A stretch of DNA of 64,000 nt from Peptostreptococcaceae bacterium (GCA_030532905.1 JAUNKE010000001.1:8601-72600); one strand, 5' to 3'; shown: positions 9,279 to 20,238, counted from the first letter of the stretch. Made by a program: numbers and translations. Notes: generated from the letters alone by a model not told the origin.

Positions 9279-10340
9279 TTATCTGTTTTCCACAAATTCA
9301 TGGGCATCTTCCTGACCCATCAGCACACGATATGCTCCATGCGCCAGCGACTCCAATTCATTTTCGCCCGGCAAAACATGCACCGGTGCGATGAACTTCA
9401 CTTTTTTGGTAATATAGTCGGTAATATATTTGGAATAGGCAATTCCTCCGGTGATAACAACGGCATCCACTTCGCCGTCCAAGACGACTGCGAGTTCGCC
9501 GATGGATTTTGCAATCTGATACGCCATCGCATCATACACCAACTTCGCCTGCTGATCGCCCTGCTCAATCATCTTTTCAACATCGAGCGCCGAATTCGTT
9601 CCGAGCAGCGACACCAAGCCCGCTCCCCCACGCATTTTCTTCGTCAAAGTCGGCAAATCGAATTGCAAGGCATATTTCATAAAATCTTTGATTGGCAGAC
9701 GACCCGAGCGCTCCGGTGAAAACGGCCCTTCGTCATCCGAAACGATGTCGAGCATTCTGCCCTGTCGATGCGCCGAAAGCGACATCCCGCCCCCCAGATG
9801 AGCGACGATTTGATTCGTTTGATTGTACGGCTTGCCGAGTTTTTCAGCCGATTTGATTGCCGAAGCACGCATATTGAGCGCATGAGAAAGGCTCTTACGC
9901 TTAATTTCTTTGATTCCGGTGAGACGCGCGACATCGTCCAGCTCATCCACCGCCACCGAATCGTAAATATATGCCGGAACGCCGACCGAATCCGCAATAT
10001 CCTTCGCAATCAGTCCGCCCAGATTGGACGCATGCTCCAGTACGGGACGATTGAGCAGCACATCCGCCATCACATCGTTGACCACATAAGCCCCCGATTG
10101 AACCGGCGGCAAAATTCCGCCACGACCGACCACCGCACTCAAATCCTTAGTGGAATAGCCTGCCTTTTCCAACACCGAAATAATCGCATCCTTGCGCATT
10201 TCATACTGCGACGCGATGCTCGGGTATTTCGCCAATTCTTCGTTGGAATGCTCCAAGCTTTCCTTAAACAGTAAATCCTTGTCTTCATAAAGCGCAATCT
10301 TGGTCGAAGTTGACCCCGGATTGATTGCTAATATTTTCAT
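9279..10340 (-). CDS. buk: Butyrate kinase
   Basis: MKILAINPGSTSTKIALYED...HLGGGMS...ITGGIAYS is a full-length Buk match. An RBS (AAGGAG) precedes the start. Confidence 0.85.
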   Translation of the reverse strand: MKILAINPGSTSTKIALYEDKDLLFKESLEHSNEELAKYPSIASQYEMRKDAIISVLEKAGYSTKDLSAVVGRGGILPPVQSGAYVVNDVMADVLLNRPVLEHASNLGGLIAKDIADSVGVPAYIYDSVAVDELDDVARLTGIKEIKRKSLSHALNMRASAIKSAEKLGKPYNQTNQIVAHLGGGMSLSAHRQGRMLDIVSDDEGPFSPERSGRLPIKDFMKYALQFDLPTLTKKMRGGAGLVSLLGTNSALDVEKMIEQGDQQAKLVYDAMAYQIAKSIGELAVVLDGEVDAVVITGGIAYSKYITDYITKKVKFIAPVHVLPGENELESLAHGAYRVLMGQEDAHEFVENR

Positions 10341-10429
10341 ACACAGCTCCTTTATCATGAGATTTTTTTCTATTCAATCTACCTATAATTATAGTATGAA
10401 TTCGTTTTTTTGTCATTATGGATTTAGGC

Positions 10430-11824
10430 TTATGCAAAAATCTTATCACAGACTTGTTCAATAATCTTCGGCAATTGTGCGCTCTCCACATTGTAGAAAT
10501 ACAGCAACAGATTCGGCTTCTTCTGCGCATAGTCCGACTGCACATAGCTGCCGAAAGGCGTCGCCTTCATGCCATGGCGTACAAATTCGTCCGCAATCTC
10601 CTCTTCCGAATATTTGCAGCGAAGCTCAATTATCATAAAGAGTCCCGATGTATTGCTGATGATGCGCACTTTTCCCCGATACGATTCATTCAGAAAATCG
10701 GAGAGCATGCTCGCCTTTTCGCTGTATAATCTTCGAATCCGCCGAATATGCCGCTGATAATATCCGTCCTCCATAAATTTGCAGAGCGCGAGTTGGTCAA
10801 CCTTCGACACCCCCTGCGAATAAGAATTTTTGATTTCCTGATAAATCGCCAAAAGCTCCTTCGGCAAAACCAGATAGCTGATTCGTATCGACGGCAAAAG
10901 AGTCGATGAAAAAGAGCCCATATAAATCACGCGTCCGCTCTTATCCATCGCTTTGAGTGCGGGAATCGGACGACCGAAATATCGCAATTCCGAATCATAA
11001 TCATCCTCGATAATATAGCCCCTCGTGTCGCGCGCCCACGAAAGCAGTTGACTTCTTCGAGCCGCCGACATCACGATGCCCGTCGGAAATTGATGCGACG
11101 GACTCACATAGAGCAGGTCGAGCTTTTTGGCAAAAGCATCCGCAAGCAAAATCCCCTCCTCATCAATCGGCAAATTGTGAATCTTAAAATGCTGTGCGCC
11201 GAAAATATTACGGCTGAGCACATAGCCAGGGTCTTCAAAACCGATGCTCTTTCTTCCGGCGCGATTGAGAATGGCGGTCAAAATATTCATCAGCTGCTGC
11301 GTTCCCGCACCGACGACCACTTCATCACTGTTGCAGTGAACCCCGCGAGACTGAAACACATATTTCGCAATCTGCTCCCGCAATTCCATCTCTCCTTGAA
11401 AATCCGCATCCGCAAGCAAAAACTTGGATTGATACACGAGCACATGATTCAAACATTTCTTCCATTTTATAAAATCAAAACATTCCTCATCATAAATGGA
11501 AACCATACGCTCGAAATGAACCTTGCTCGCATCATGGGCACTGTCATACGAAAGGCTCATCACCTCTTCCACAAAATCGAGCTTGTTGACATAGTAACCC
11601 GACTTTTCCTTGTTCAAAATATAGCCTTCCATCGCCAATTGGTCATAGGCAAGACGAATCGTCGTGATGCTGATTCCCATTTTTTTCGACAGATTTCGAA
11701 TCGACGGCAGTTTCTCTCCCTCGCGAATGGAGCCGTTTTCAATCTCGGTTTTGATATATTTATACAGCTGTGAATACATCGGCTCCTTGGACGAGCGATC
11801 CAGCGTCGGCAAAATTTCTCTCAT
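10430..11824 (-). CDS. MocR/PdxR-family transcriptional regulator (GntR HTH plus aminotransferase-like domain)
   Basis: An N-terminal GntR HTH (LPSIRNLSKKMGISITTIRLAYDQL) is fused to a class-I aminotransferase fold. Total length is 464 aa. Confidence 0.8.
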   Translation of the reverse strand: MREILPTLDRSSKEPMYSQLYKYIKTEIENGSIREGEKLPSIRNLSKKMGISITTIRLAYDQLAMEGYILNKEKSGYYVNKLDFVEEVMSLSYDSAHDASKVHFERMVSIYDEECFDFIKWKKCLNHVLVYQSKFLLADADFQGEMELREQIAKYVFQSRGVHCNSDEVVVGAGTQQLMNILTAILNRAGRKSIGFEDPGYVLSRNIFGAQHFKIHNLPIDEEGILLADAFAKKLDLLYVSPSHQFPTGIVMSAARRSQLLSWARDTRGYIIEDDYDSELRYFGRPIPALKAMDKSGRVIYMGSFSSTLLPSIRISYLVLPKELLAIYQEIKNSYSQGVSKVDQLALCKFMEDGYYQRHIRRIRRLYSEKASMLSDFLNESYRGKVRIISNTSGLFMIIELRCKYSEEEIADEFVRHGMKATPFGSYVQSDYAQKKPNLLLYFYNVESAQLPKIIEQVCDKIFA

Positions 11825-12223
11825 ACAAACTCCTCTTAACCATCCGGCATTTTATCCGATTATAATAATAAGCGACTCGGATAATGCATTGTATCATTTT
11901 ACATTAGTATATCGAATTTTATGCTTTTCATCAAGAAAGGACTTTGTTCCATTTTGAAAACGGATAACGATTCAATCGGGCTTTTCCTACAAAATTTTTA
12001 CTTGCATTACCAAAAAATTCGCCTTCCGTTTTATAAAATAAGGTTACCGCTTTTCATACCATCAGAAGATTGCAGTCCGTTTGGACAACTCAAACCGTCG
12101 GTTTTGAAAAGGTCTGAAGAATTCTTGTGAAATATTTTATTTTCAGCAAAAATTAGTGACAAACCGGTTACATTGGTATATACTATAAATTGGAATATTA
12201 TATGTGTCCTTGACACGGCATGG

Positions 12224-13367
12224 GGGAAATGTTATGAAGAAACATTTTAGCATTGCATTGTCACTAGCGCTTTTTATCAGTTCCGGCGCAATGGCAAAAG
12301 CAGACAACTTCTCCGATGCACAAAACCACTGGGCAAAAGACAGTATTGAAAAAGTTGTTACGCTGGGCTATATGAAAGGGCTCGGCAACAATCGATTCGG
12401 TACCCAGAAAAATGTCTCCCGAGAAGAGCTTGCCGCAATCGTTGTGCGACTCGCAGGCGATCCGTCCGCTTCGACTTCACTGAAATTCAGTGACACCGTC
12501 GGAAGATGGAGCGAGCAGGTTATCTTAAAGAGTGTGGCATCCGACTTTATGGTGCCGGTCAATTCCAACAATTTTGCCCCGGCGCAAAATGCAACAAGAG
12601 AAGAAGTCGCAAGAGCGATTCAACGCAGCTTGCGATACAAAGGCGTACAACTACCGACGACGCCTCAGAATTTCAGCGACATCGCCAATTCGCCATATCA
12701 AAGCGAAATTCAAAATGTCGCATCACTCGGTATTATGAGTGGCTATCCCGATGGAACTTTCGCACCGCGCAAAAGTATTACCCGCGCCGAGCTGGCATCC
12801 ATCATCGTGCGTGCAAATGAAGTGATAAACGGAGGAATCCTTCCTCAAACCCAAAGTGCATCTCAAAAACCGGAAAAGAAAACACAGGTCACAGCAAAAA
12901 AAGATCAAAAGAAAAACAGTGCCAAACCAAAGCAATCATCTGATATTATTAATGTTACGGTTCAAACGAGCCAAGGCACGACAACAGTTTCCGGAAAATA
13001 CAACAGGGAATATGCACAAAAAGTGCTTGAACTTGTAAATGCGGAAAGAACAAAAGCGGGAATCTCCCCATTGAAATGGGCGGATGACTTGGACTCCGGA
13101 ACGGATATACGAGCTGCGGAACTTACTGTATTTTGGGATCATACCAGACCGAATGGGAAACCATTTCACTCAGTAGGAACTGACTGTTGGTCTGAAAACA
13201 TCGCTGCCGGACAACAAAGTCCGCAAGAAGTGGTCAACTCTTGGATGAACTCACCGGGTCATCGCAAGAATATCATGAACAAGGAATACACCAAAATGAG
13301 CGTGTCGCTCTTTATTCCGAATCAAACGACCGAATACAAAACTTATTGGGTACAACATTTTGCATAG
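12224..13367 (+). CDS. Cell-surface protein with three SLH domains and a C-terminal CAP/SCP/PR-1-like domain
   Basis: A signal peptide is followed by three SLH repeats (FSDAQNHWAKDSIEKVV...; FSDTVGRWSEQVILKSV...; FSDIANSPYQSEIQNVASLGIMSGYPDGTFAP), a K/Q-rich linker, and a CAP domain (HRKNIMNKEYTKMSVS). Confidence 0.75.
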
Positions 13368-13373
13368 CACAAC

Positions 13374-13400
13374 AAAAGGACGAGCAATCGTCCTTTTTGT
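13374..13400. terminator. Bidirectional terminator between convergent genes
   Basis: An aaaaggacga-gcaa-tcgtccttttt hairpin has T/A runs on both sides. Confidence 0.65.
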
Positions 13401-13405
13401 TTGTT

Positions 13406-13975
13406 CTATTTATCCGCGAACAGCCCTTTCGCAAAATATTGAATAAAGGTCTGCAGCGCTTCTTTACTTCCTTCAAAATCTTCTTCTCCGACATGATAGT
13501 CGATGTAGTTGATAAGCTCATAGGCTTTCAGAATTTTGGACACTTCGGCATCGTCATAATTCGCCCGTCCGAGCTGAACCCGAAAATAGTTCATCAGGAA
13601 ATGATGAAAGGAATTGCCGGACATTCCGTTCTCCGAGCGATAGTGCTCATGAAGCATCTTGCCCAACTTGTCGCTGTTCCATTCAACCAGAATCGGATTG
13701 CTCAAAAGCACATCGAGACTGTAATGGAAAATATCTTCCACAACATCTATCGGCTTCTTGCTCCAATCGATACGCTCGACCAACTCTCTGCGCATCCGCT
13801 CATTTTCCCGAATATAGACCTGCAAAAAAATATCTTCTTTCGCTTGATAATATTTATAAAACGAGCCCACCGCCATATTCGCCCTCTTCGTAATCAGTGC
13901 GATATTCGTGTTCTTGTAGCCTCTCTCTAAAAAAATTTCATAAGCGGCATCATCCAGCAATTTTTTCTTGTCCAT
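13406..13975 (-). CDS. TetR/AcrR family transcriptional regulator
   Basis: An N-terminal TetR HTH (LLDDAAYEIFLERGYKNTNIALITKRANMAVGSFYKYY) is present. Length is 189 aa. Confidence 0.8.
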   Translation of the reverse strand: MDKKKLLDDAAYEIFLERGYKNTNIALITKRANMAVGSFYKYYQAKEDIFLQVYIRENERMRRELVERIDWSKKPIDVVEDIFHYSLDVLLSNPILVEWNSDKLGKMLHEHYRSENGMSGNSFHHFLMNYFRVQLGRANYDDAEVSKILKAYELINYIDYHVGEEDFEGSKEALQTFIQYFAKGLFADK

Positions 13976-14100
13976 TGCAATCCCCCTTCCAAAATGAATT
14001 TAAAACAAAAGCTATTCATAATTGATAGTAGCATTAAATATTTTGAAAGTCAACTTTTTTGCACCAATCCAAATTCACAAAGCATTTCCAAATTCAAAAG

Positions 14101-15003
14101 CTAGGCGGTTTCCTGATTCTTGCGCGACGCCGCAAGCAGCGTAATCGATGTATAAATCATAACCGTCACCACGAGCCATTTGAGCATATACAGACTCAGC
14201 CCCTCAAAGAATTTGTACGCGATAAGCACACCGGGTACGCCGAGCATCGCAATCGCAAGAGAAGCTTTTTTGTTGTAAGCTCCCTCCTTGACAAATTTGA
14301 TGGATGCGACCGGCATCAGAAAAGCACAGGATGCCATCATAATCGGAAAAGCCGCTCTCGTATTCATTCCCAGAAAAATCACGAGCGCCAGACAAGGTGC
14401 ATAAAGACCGATGCCCGCCGTCATGAGCGCGCCCAAAATGAAATTCACGAAAATCCCGATGAATAATTTTGCCCCCGAAAGTCCGATGACGACCGATTCT
14501 TCATTCGCCGTCGGCAAAATCCCGGTCAACTGTAAGACCACAATCGTTCCGGTGACCGCCAGCGCAAAAGCCATCACGCGCTGCACCGTCTTGGTCGGCA
14601 ATTTTGAAACGATGCCCGCTCCGAGATAAGCGCCCGCCGTTGCCGAAGAAAGCATGCTCACCAAAGTAATCGGCTCCACTTCAATTCGGCTGATGAACAA
14701 AAAAGCTTCCGTCATCACCGGAATACAGCAGCCGACATTGAGCGTTCCCGGCAAAACGCGGTCTTCAATCTGCTTAAAAAAACGCAGCAGAGAAGTCGCA
14801 ATCGCAAAAGAACCGATGCCCAAAGTATCGAAAAAATTGGCAATCATTCCGATGGTTCCCGAAATCAAAAAGTTGGTGTGCTCCTTCTCATCTTTGCGTT
14901 TGATCAAATCCATGACAAAAACCGCCAGGAAAGCAATCAGAAATAGCCCCAAGACCGTCAGCAAAACATTTACAGCATTCAAAAAACTATTCTCCGTTCG
15001 CAT
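14101..15003 (-). CDS. TSUP (TauE/SafE) family membrane transporter
   Basis: It is a multi-TM protein with the duplicated TSUP G-rich motifs. A GGGAGG RBS precedes the ATG at 15003. It lies 67 bp downstream of prdF on the same strand. Confidence 0.7.
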   Translation of the reverse strand: MRTENSFLNAVNVLLTVLGLFLIAFLAVFVMDLIKRKDEKEHTNFLISGTIGMIANFFDTLGIGSFAIATSLLRFFKQIEDRVLPGTLNVGCCIPVMTEAFLFISRIEVEPITLVSMLSSATAGAYLGAGIVSKLPTKTVQRVMAFALAVTGTIVVLQLTGILPTANEESVVIGLSGAKLFIGIFVNFILGALMTAGIGLYAPCLALVIFLGMNTRAAFPIMMASCAFLMPVASIKFVKEGAYNKKASLAIAMLGVPGVLIAYKFFEGLSLYMLKWLVVTVMIYTSITLLAASRKNQETA

Positions 15004-15070
15004 AGATACCTCCCGTCCAATTTGCTCATCAGCATCCGAGGTTTCCAAATCTCAAGCGGCTTATCAATTT

Positions 15071-16072
15071 TTACAGGATGAATCCGTATTTGACGGGATC
15101 ATTTTCGTCAATGACAAAGTGACTGAAGCCCGTAATATAAGCGGAGCCCGCTATTTTAGGAATAATCGCATCATAGTCGCCTACCTTGTCCGTGCCGACG
15201 ATTTCTCCATGAAACAGCGTTCCCAAAATGCTTTCATAGACGAATTTTTCGCCCTGCTTAATCTCTCCTTTGGCAAAGAGAGTCGCCAATTTTGCGGAAG
15301 TTCCCGTACCGCATGGCGAGCGATCCACCTGACCCTGCCCGAAAATCACGACATTCTTGTAGGTCGCCTCCGGATGAGTCGGCTCATCATAAATTTCCAC
15401 CAAATCCACCGTCTTGATATGTTTCAATATCGGATGCTGAATTTCAATTTCCCGATTGATGACAGAGCGCAATTTCATCGCCGCCTCCGTCAGATTTTTA
15501 CTGTTCTCCGGCTTAATTTCAAGCCCGAGCTCTTTGGCATGAACGATTGCAAAAAAGCTTCCGCCGAATGAAATGTCAAAAGTGATTTCCTTGCCGTCGA
15601 GCACCACCTTCTGATTTTGTTTATACAAAAAAGCAGGCACATTGACAAATGCGACGCTCTTGACCTTTCCGTTTTCAACTTTCGCTTCCGCACGCACGAT
15701 GCCCGCCGGTGCTTCGAGCACGACAGTCGTAATCGGCTCCACCATCGGCACCATTCCCGTTTCAATTGCCGCCGTCACCGCACCGATGGTTCCGTGACCG
15801 CACATATTGAGATAGCCCCCGCCATCCATAAATATAATACCCAAATCCGCCTCCGGACTCACCGGCGCCAGCAAAATCGAGCCGAACATATCCCGATGTC
15901 CTCTCGGCTCCAGCATCACCGCCGTCCTCAGATAGTCCAAATTCTGCTCAAGATATTCCTTTTTCTCCGGCATCGTTGCGCCTTTGATATTCGGAATCCC
16001 GCCCACGATAATTCGAGTCGGCTCGCCTGCAGTATGAGAATCAATGGCATGTAATCCGCGGGAAAATATCAT
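15071..16072 (-). CDS. prdF: Proline racemase
   Basis: IDSHTAGEPTRII, the two catalytic Cys (NMCGHGT and SPCGTGTSA), and its position at the end of the prd operon support the call. Confidence 0.85.
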   Translation of the reverse strand: MIFSRGLHAIDSHTAGEPTRIIVGGIPNIKGATMPEKKEYLEQNLDYLRTAVMLEPRGHRDMFGSILLAPVSPEADLGIIFMDGGGYLNMCGHGTIGAVTAAIETGMVPMVEPITTVVLEAPAGIVRAEAKVENGKVKSVAFVNVPAFLYKQNQKVVLDGKEITFDISFGGSFFAIVHAKELGLEIKPENSKNLTEAAMKLRSVINREIEIQHPILKHIKTVDLVEIYDEPTHPEATYKNVVIFGQGQVDRSPCGTGTSAKLATLFAKGEIKQGEKFVYESILGTLFHGEIVGTDKVGDYDAIIPKIAGSAYITGFSHFVIDENDPVKYGFIL

Positions 16073-16539
16073 CTTTCTTTCCTCCTCATTTTCAGTTTCA
16101 AAAAAGCGACCGCCTTTTTCGCGTCCAATCTGTCCGCTGTATTTTCGCCCACCACTTCGGTTTCGATACCCTCCGCCGACTTGTTGATGTCAACAATGGT
16201 GTCCATATATTTGTTCGTAACGACAAATTTTGCCTGTGTTCCGTTAAAAGTCATGCCGACTACGGCGATATCACGCTTGCCGATTTCTTCAAAAGTATTG
16301 GCATAATCGACATGAGAATTTCCCCAACCGTCACAGGACAAAATACAACCGTCCACACGCATCGCCTCAAGCATCTGCGCGGTTCTTTGTCCCACTCTTT
16401 CCTTTTCCGAATTGTCCTGCGGTGTTCCCACCACAATGACACCGACGAGATCCACATCCGTATCCTCACCCAACACTTCTAAAAGCGGGTCGCGAAAATG
16501 ATGCAGACTCGTCTCCTTCGTCGATGGCCCTACGCCCAT
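16069..16539 (-). CDS. prdE: D-proline reductase-associated protein PrdE (paralog of the PrdA C-terminal region)
   Basis: The 156-aa ORF is homologous to the PrdA C-terminal region (GVIVVGTPQDNSEK...TFNGTQAKFVVTNKYMD). Operon context supports the call. Confidence 0.7.
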   Translation of the reverse strand: MGVGPSTKETSLHHFRDPLLEVLGEDTDVDLVGVIVVGTPQDNSEKERVGQRTAQMLEAMRVDGCILSCDGWGNSHVDYANTFEEIGKRDIAVVGMTFNGTQAKFVVTNKYMDTIVDINKSAEGIETEVVGENTADRLDAKKAVAFLKLKMRRKER

Positions 16540-16547
16540 AAGTCCTC

Positions 16548-17297
16548 CTAATCCATTGCCCGAAGCGCCCCGTCACGAAATTCGTTCGGCGACAAAACGA
16601 CGGGCATATTGCCAAGCTCGATAATCGAAACGCCGCCGGCAAAACCCGAAGGCTCTTTCGGGAAAAGCAGATTGTCATACATCGCTCCCTGTCCGGCGAC
16701 CTGCTTGACGATGGCGACTCGCTTGACGCCCGAACGAGCTTTGTCATAAAACTCATGCACCTCATTCGCATTTTTGGACTCTTGTTTTTTCAGCGTCATT
16801 CGTATATTTTGTATAATTTCGTCGCAGATTTGAAAAGCGGCGGTCGGCAATCGTCTGTCATAGGGCTCGCCACCTTTGAGCAACACATCGATATGAATGA
16901 TATAATCCTCTTCGCGCGGCGTCCCCGCCTTTCCGAATTTCATCTGCCGGCTCAAAATTCCTTCCGACGAGCCGAACTCATGCATCTGTCGCCCGTCTTC
17001 GTCACAACCGGTCAGCATCACATAGACACCCGTCATCGTGAAGGTGATTCCTTCGCCCAATTTGCCGAGCACCTTGGTTGAAATCGGAATGATGTCCATA
17101 ATCGTATTGATTTCCCGCTCATGATCATGCGGTTTGATAATATCGATATGAACTTTTCGAATCAAAGGATGAGACAGCGCATCGACAACCTTTTTATCCA
17201 GTAGCAACAAGCCGTTTTGAAATTCAAATCCGTCGCCGAAAATCACTTCATGCACATGAAATGAACGGATGACCAATCTCCGTAATATTTCTTCCAT
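16548..17297 (-). CDS. prdD: D-proline reductase-associated protein PrdD (paralog of the PrdA N/middle region)
   Basis: The 249-aa ORF is similar to the PrdA central region (ITFTMTGVYVMLTGCDEDGRQMHEFGSSEG). Confidence 0.7.
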   Translation of the reverse strand: MEEILRRLVIRSFHVHEVIFGDGFEFQNGLLLLDKKVVDALSHPLIRKVHIDIIKPHDHEREINTIMDIIPISTKVLGKLGEGITFTMTGVYVMLTGCDEDGRQMHEFGSSEGILSRQMKFGKAGTPREEDYIIHIDVLLKGGEPYDRRLPTAAFQICDEIIQNIRMTLKKQESKNANEVHEFYDKARSGVKRVAIVKQVAGQGAMYDNLLFPKEPSGFAGGVSIIELGNMPVVLSPNEFRDGALRAMD

Positions 17298-17330
17298 AAT
17301 TCACCGTTTCGGAGGGAAGATCCCTCCACC

Positions 17331-18056
17331 TTAAACTTTTGCATTGTATTCGAACGGCAGCGGAATGATTTGTCCCGCACTCGTCATCTCCATCATCGCT
17401 TCCAGCGAAGCTTTGACGATTTCGGTTTGCATTTCGATGTCATTCGGCGCACCCGCATTCGCGCCCATCGGCACAAGAGGCGCAACCGCCCGAGGCGTTC
17501 CGTTTTGTCGAACGACCGGCGGCAAAGCTGCGATGATAACCGTCGGAATACCGGCAGCTTCAATTGCTCTCTGCACAATCACGGCAGAGCGGTGGCAAGT
17601 ACCTCAGCCGGCGGTCAGCAGCACATAGTCCACGCCTTCTTCCTTGAGCTGCTTGGCAATCTCCGGTCCGGTTTCGTTCGTAAACTTCGACTGGTCGCCG
17701 CCGCCGCCCATAAATCCGAAATGAATCGGCGCAACCGCTTTGATAAATCCTTCTTTTGCAAGTTCCTGCAAGCGCTCAATCGGGAACATGCAGTTGATGT
17801 CCTTGTTGACATCTCCGTTGTCATATCCTCCGTGAGATACCATCAGCTCCTCGCCTTTGACATCGCCCGGAATCGTGCGGAATGTAAAATCTCCCGCCAA
17901 ATTAAAACGCTCGTCCTTTTTCAAATGCACACCTGCCGCAGTTGCCAATGCAACCACCGATTCATTCAGCGGTTTGGAAACCGGCGTCCACACCGGCGGC
18001 GGCGTAACAGGCACAAATATTTCCGATTGTAGTCCTTTTACGACTGTAAGGCTCAT
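17331..18056 (-). CDS. prdB: D-proline reductase subunit PrdB. It is a selenoprotein, with the in-frame TGA at 17604-17606 (minus strand) read as Sec.
   Basis: The two ORF fragments are in frame across TGA: ...DYVLLTAG-U-GTCHRSAVIVQRAIEAAGIPTV... (the PrdB/GrdB-type UxxC motif). A CTCTGC/GCAGAG hairpin lies 14 nt downstream of the UGA. Confidence 0.85.
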
Positions 18057-18325
18057 TTTGAATCCTCCATTTTCTTCTGCTTTTTATACTCCAAATTCTG
18101 AGCATATTTTTCATTCACTTGCGGCCCGAGCACCTCCGGATAGCTCAACAAAAATCCTACTTCCAATCCCTCTTTGAGTTCATAGTCCGTAATCACCATC
18201 CGAACCGGCACACGCCATTGCCCCATTCTTCCTTTGAGATCGATCGCCACAAGACCGTCCTTGACTTCGACAATTACACCTTCCACATAATTTTCCGTGG
18301 AAGCATATTTCAATTTATCCATCAT
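18053..18325 (-). CDS. Small prd-operon protein between prdA and prdB (hypothetical)
   Basis: The 90-aa ORF overlaps both neighbours by 4 nt. A small ORF at this position is conserved in prd operons. Confidence 0.6.
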   Translation of the reverse strand: MMDKLKYASTENYVEGVIVEVKDGLVAIDLKGRMGQWRVPVRMVITDYELKEGLEVGFLLSYPEVLGPQVNEKYAQNLEYKKQKKMEDSK

Positions 18326-20205
18326 TCCACTTCGTAAATTTCCATTCTTTTTTTACTCTTCGGCAGCACCTGCTCGTTATCAACCAACTCAATTTTCTCG
18401 CCGAGCGCTTTCTCAATCATCTCGATATTGTTCAGCTTCACACTCGGATTCCATTTGCGCTCCGCCTCTTTGACTTCTTCACCCGCCATCGCCGTTTTGA
18501 GCATCGCCATCGCACGAATCGCGTCCTCTTTACACAGCGTATTGTTGGATAAAATTTCATTTTCGATTCCCTGAGAAGATTTGTTGTTGTCAATCATATG
18601 CTTCATATATTTATTGCCGACCACCAATGCTCCTTGAACTGCGGAATAAGTGACGCCGACAACTTCCACACCGCGCATTCCGATTTGCTCATGATGCGAT
18701 GCAAAGTCGATATGATTGTTTCCGAAGCCTTCCGTCGTAATAATTGCACCATCGACATCCATCGCCTCGACCGTCATACCCAATCGATTCGACACATAGA
18801 ATTTCTCCGAGTTGATTTGCGGTGAGCCGACAAAGATAACACCCGCCAAATCCACTTCTTCATCACGCATCGCTTCAATGACCAAAGGCTCTCTGAAATA
18901 ATGACGCGAATTTTCTTTGGACGCAGATCCGATACAGGTCAGCGCATGAATTCCGCCATCGAGCACTTCAAGCGGCGAAAGCACCACCGGCAAGTTCCCC
19001 AAATCGACATTCGGCTTCGCTCCGAGCGTGCCGACCGGCTCCACCGGAAGAATCAGATTGTCATGCATTGCACCCTGTCCCATAATCTCTTTGACGATGA
19101 CGATTTTCTTTTTGCCCGCTCGTCTTTTTTGTACGAATTCTTCTTCGCGAGTGACCAAAGAATCGTCGGCCTTTTTTAGCGCCTTTCGAATCTCTTCCGT
19201 AATAAAATCCGACACCTTGTGTGCGGCAAGCGGTCCCGGTCTCTCCATATTCGTATGCGCCTTGATGACCACCTCGGTCTTGATAAAAATCTCGCCCTTG
19301 TCCGGCGCTCCCGGTCTTCCCCACATAATATTTTTGTCAAGCTCGCCTTCGGATGAGCCGAACTCTCCGATTTGAACTCCGTTTTCATCCGTTCCCGTCA
19401 CCATCATGATGACACCGTCGAGCACTCTCGTAATTCCGCTGCCGAGCTCGCCTTCCTCTTTGGTTGCAATCGGCTGAACATCCATAATCGTTTCGGAATA
19501 ATTGCCGTACTTCTCCGGTGTGATGATATCCACCTTCATCGAAACAACCAATTCCTGCGTTTCGACCGCATCCTTTTCAATCCCTTCCCGAATGTATAAA
19601 GTCTTGCCCTCGATTTTGGTTTCCGAGCCGAATTCCACTTTATCAATTTGGAAATGGCGACGCTTGAGTGAGCGAATCACTCTCTCCGACGGAGTCTTTT
19701 GATTTTGCGCAGACGCTTGCTCGGATGCCGCTCCCGCTTGCGCTGCCGCATGAGAACTTCCCGAGAACATATTCTCCGCCATGCCGGCACGCGCAACGCT
19801 GAGCGGAATTTCAAGATTGATGTCGCGACCTTCACCGATATGAATTCGAATTATTCCCGCATTTTCCGCAATCGCTGCGACCGGCGCGATTGGCGCAACC
19901 GATGCAACCGGCTCCATCACCGGAGCTTTACTCTCCTTTTGCTCTGCCGGCGATGCGATGCCCGAAAGCATTTCTTTTGTCAAAGGCGTCAACGCATCCA
20001 CCGTCTGCGTCAACTTTGCGCCGAGCACTTCTTCAATCGTCAGCGTGTCCTCCCCGATTTGCAACAAGCCGGACTCCACAAGGTCCGGAAAAATTGCGGG
20101 GTCTTCCAAATTGGATACTTCAATAATATTGCCCGCTTCGAATCGACAGCACAATACCGCCGGGTCTTTTGCATGAGCCTTGGCGGTTTCAATCGTAATT
20201 GACAT
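18322..20205 (-). CDS. prdA: D-proline reductase proprotein PrdA (pyruvoyl-dependent)
   Basis: The 627-aa ORF contains the processing-site context ...GGIHALTCIGSASK... typical of PrdA. Confidence 0.85.
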   Translation of the reverse strand: MSITIETAKAHAKDPAVLCCRFEAGNIIEVSNLEDPAIFPDLVESGLLQIGEDTLTIEEVLGAKLTQTVDALTPLTKEMLSGIASPAEQKESKAPVMEPVASVAPIAPVAAIAENAGIIRIHIGEGRDINLEIPLSVARAGMAENMFSGSSHAAAQAGAASEQASAQNQKTPSERVIRSLKRRHFQIDKVEFGSETKIEGKTLYIREGIEKDAVETQELVVSMKVDIITPEKYGNYSETIMDVQPIATKEEGELGSGITRVLDGVIMMVTGTDENGVQIGEFGSSEGELDKNIMWGRPGAPDKGEIFIKTEVVIKAHTNMERPGPLAAHKVSDFITEEIRKALKKADDSLVTREEEFVQKRRAGKKKIVIVKEIMGQGAMHDNLILPVEPVGTLGAKPNVDLGNLPVVLSPLEVLDGGIHALTCIGSASKENSRHYFREPLVIEAMRDEEVDLAGVIFVGSPQINSEKFYVSNRLGMTVEAMDVDGAIITTEGFGNNHIDFASHHEQIGMRGVEVVGVTYSAVQGALVVGNKYMKHMIDNNKSSQGIENEILSNNTLCKEDAIRAMAMLKTAMAGEEVKEAERKWNPSVKLNNIEMIEKALGEKIELVDNEQVLPKSKKRMEIYEVE

Positions 20206-20238
20206 AATTCCTCCTTTATCCTCACTAAAATTTTTAAT

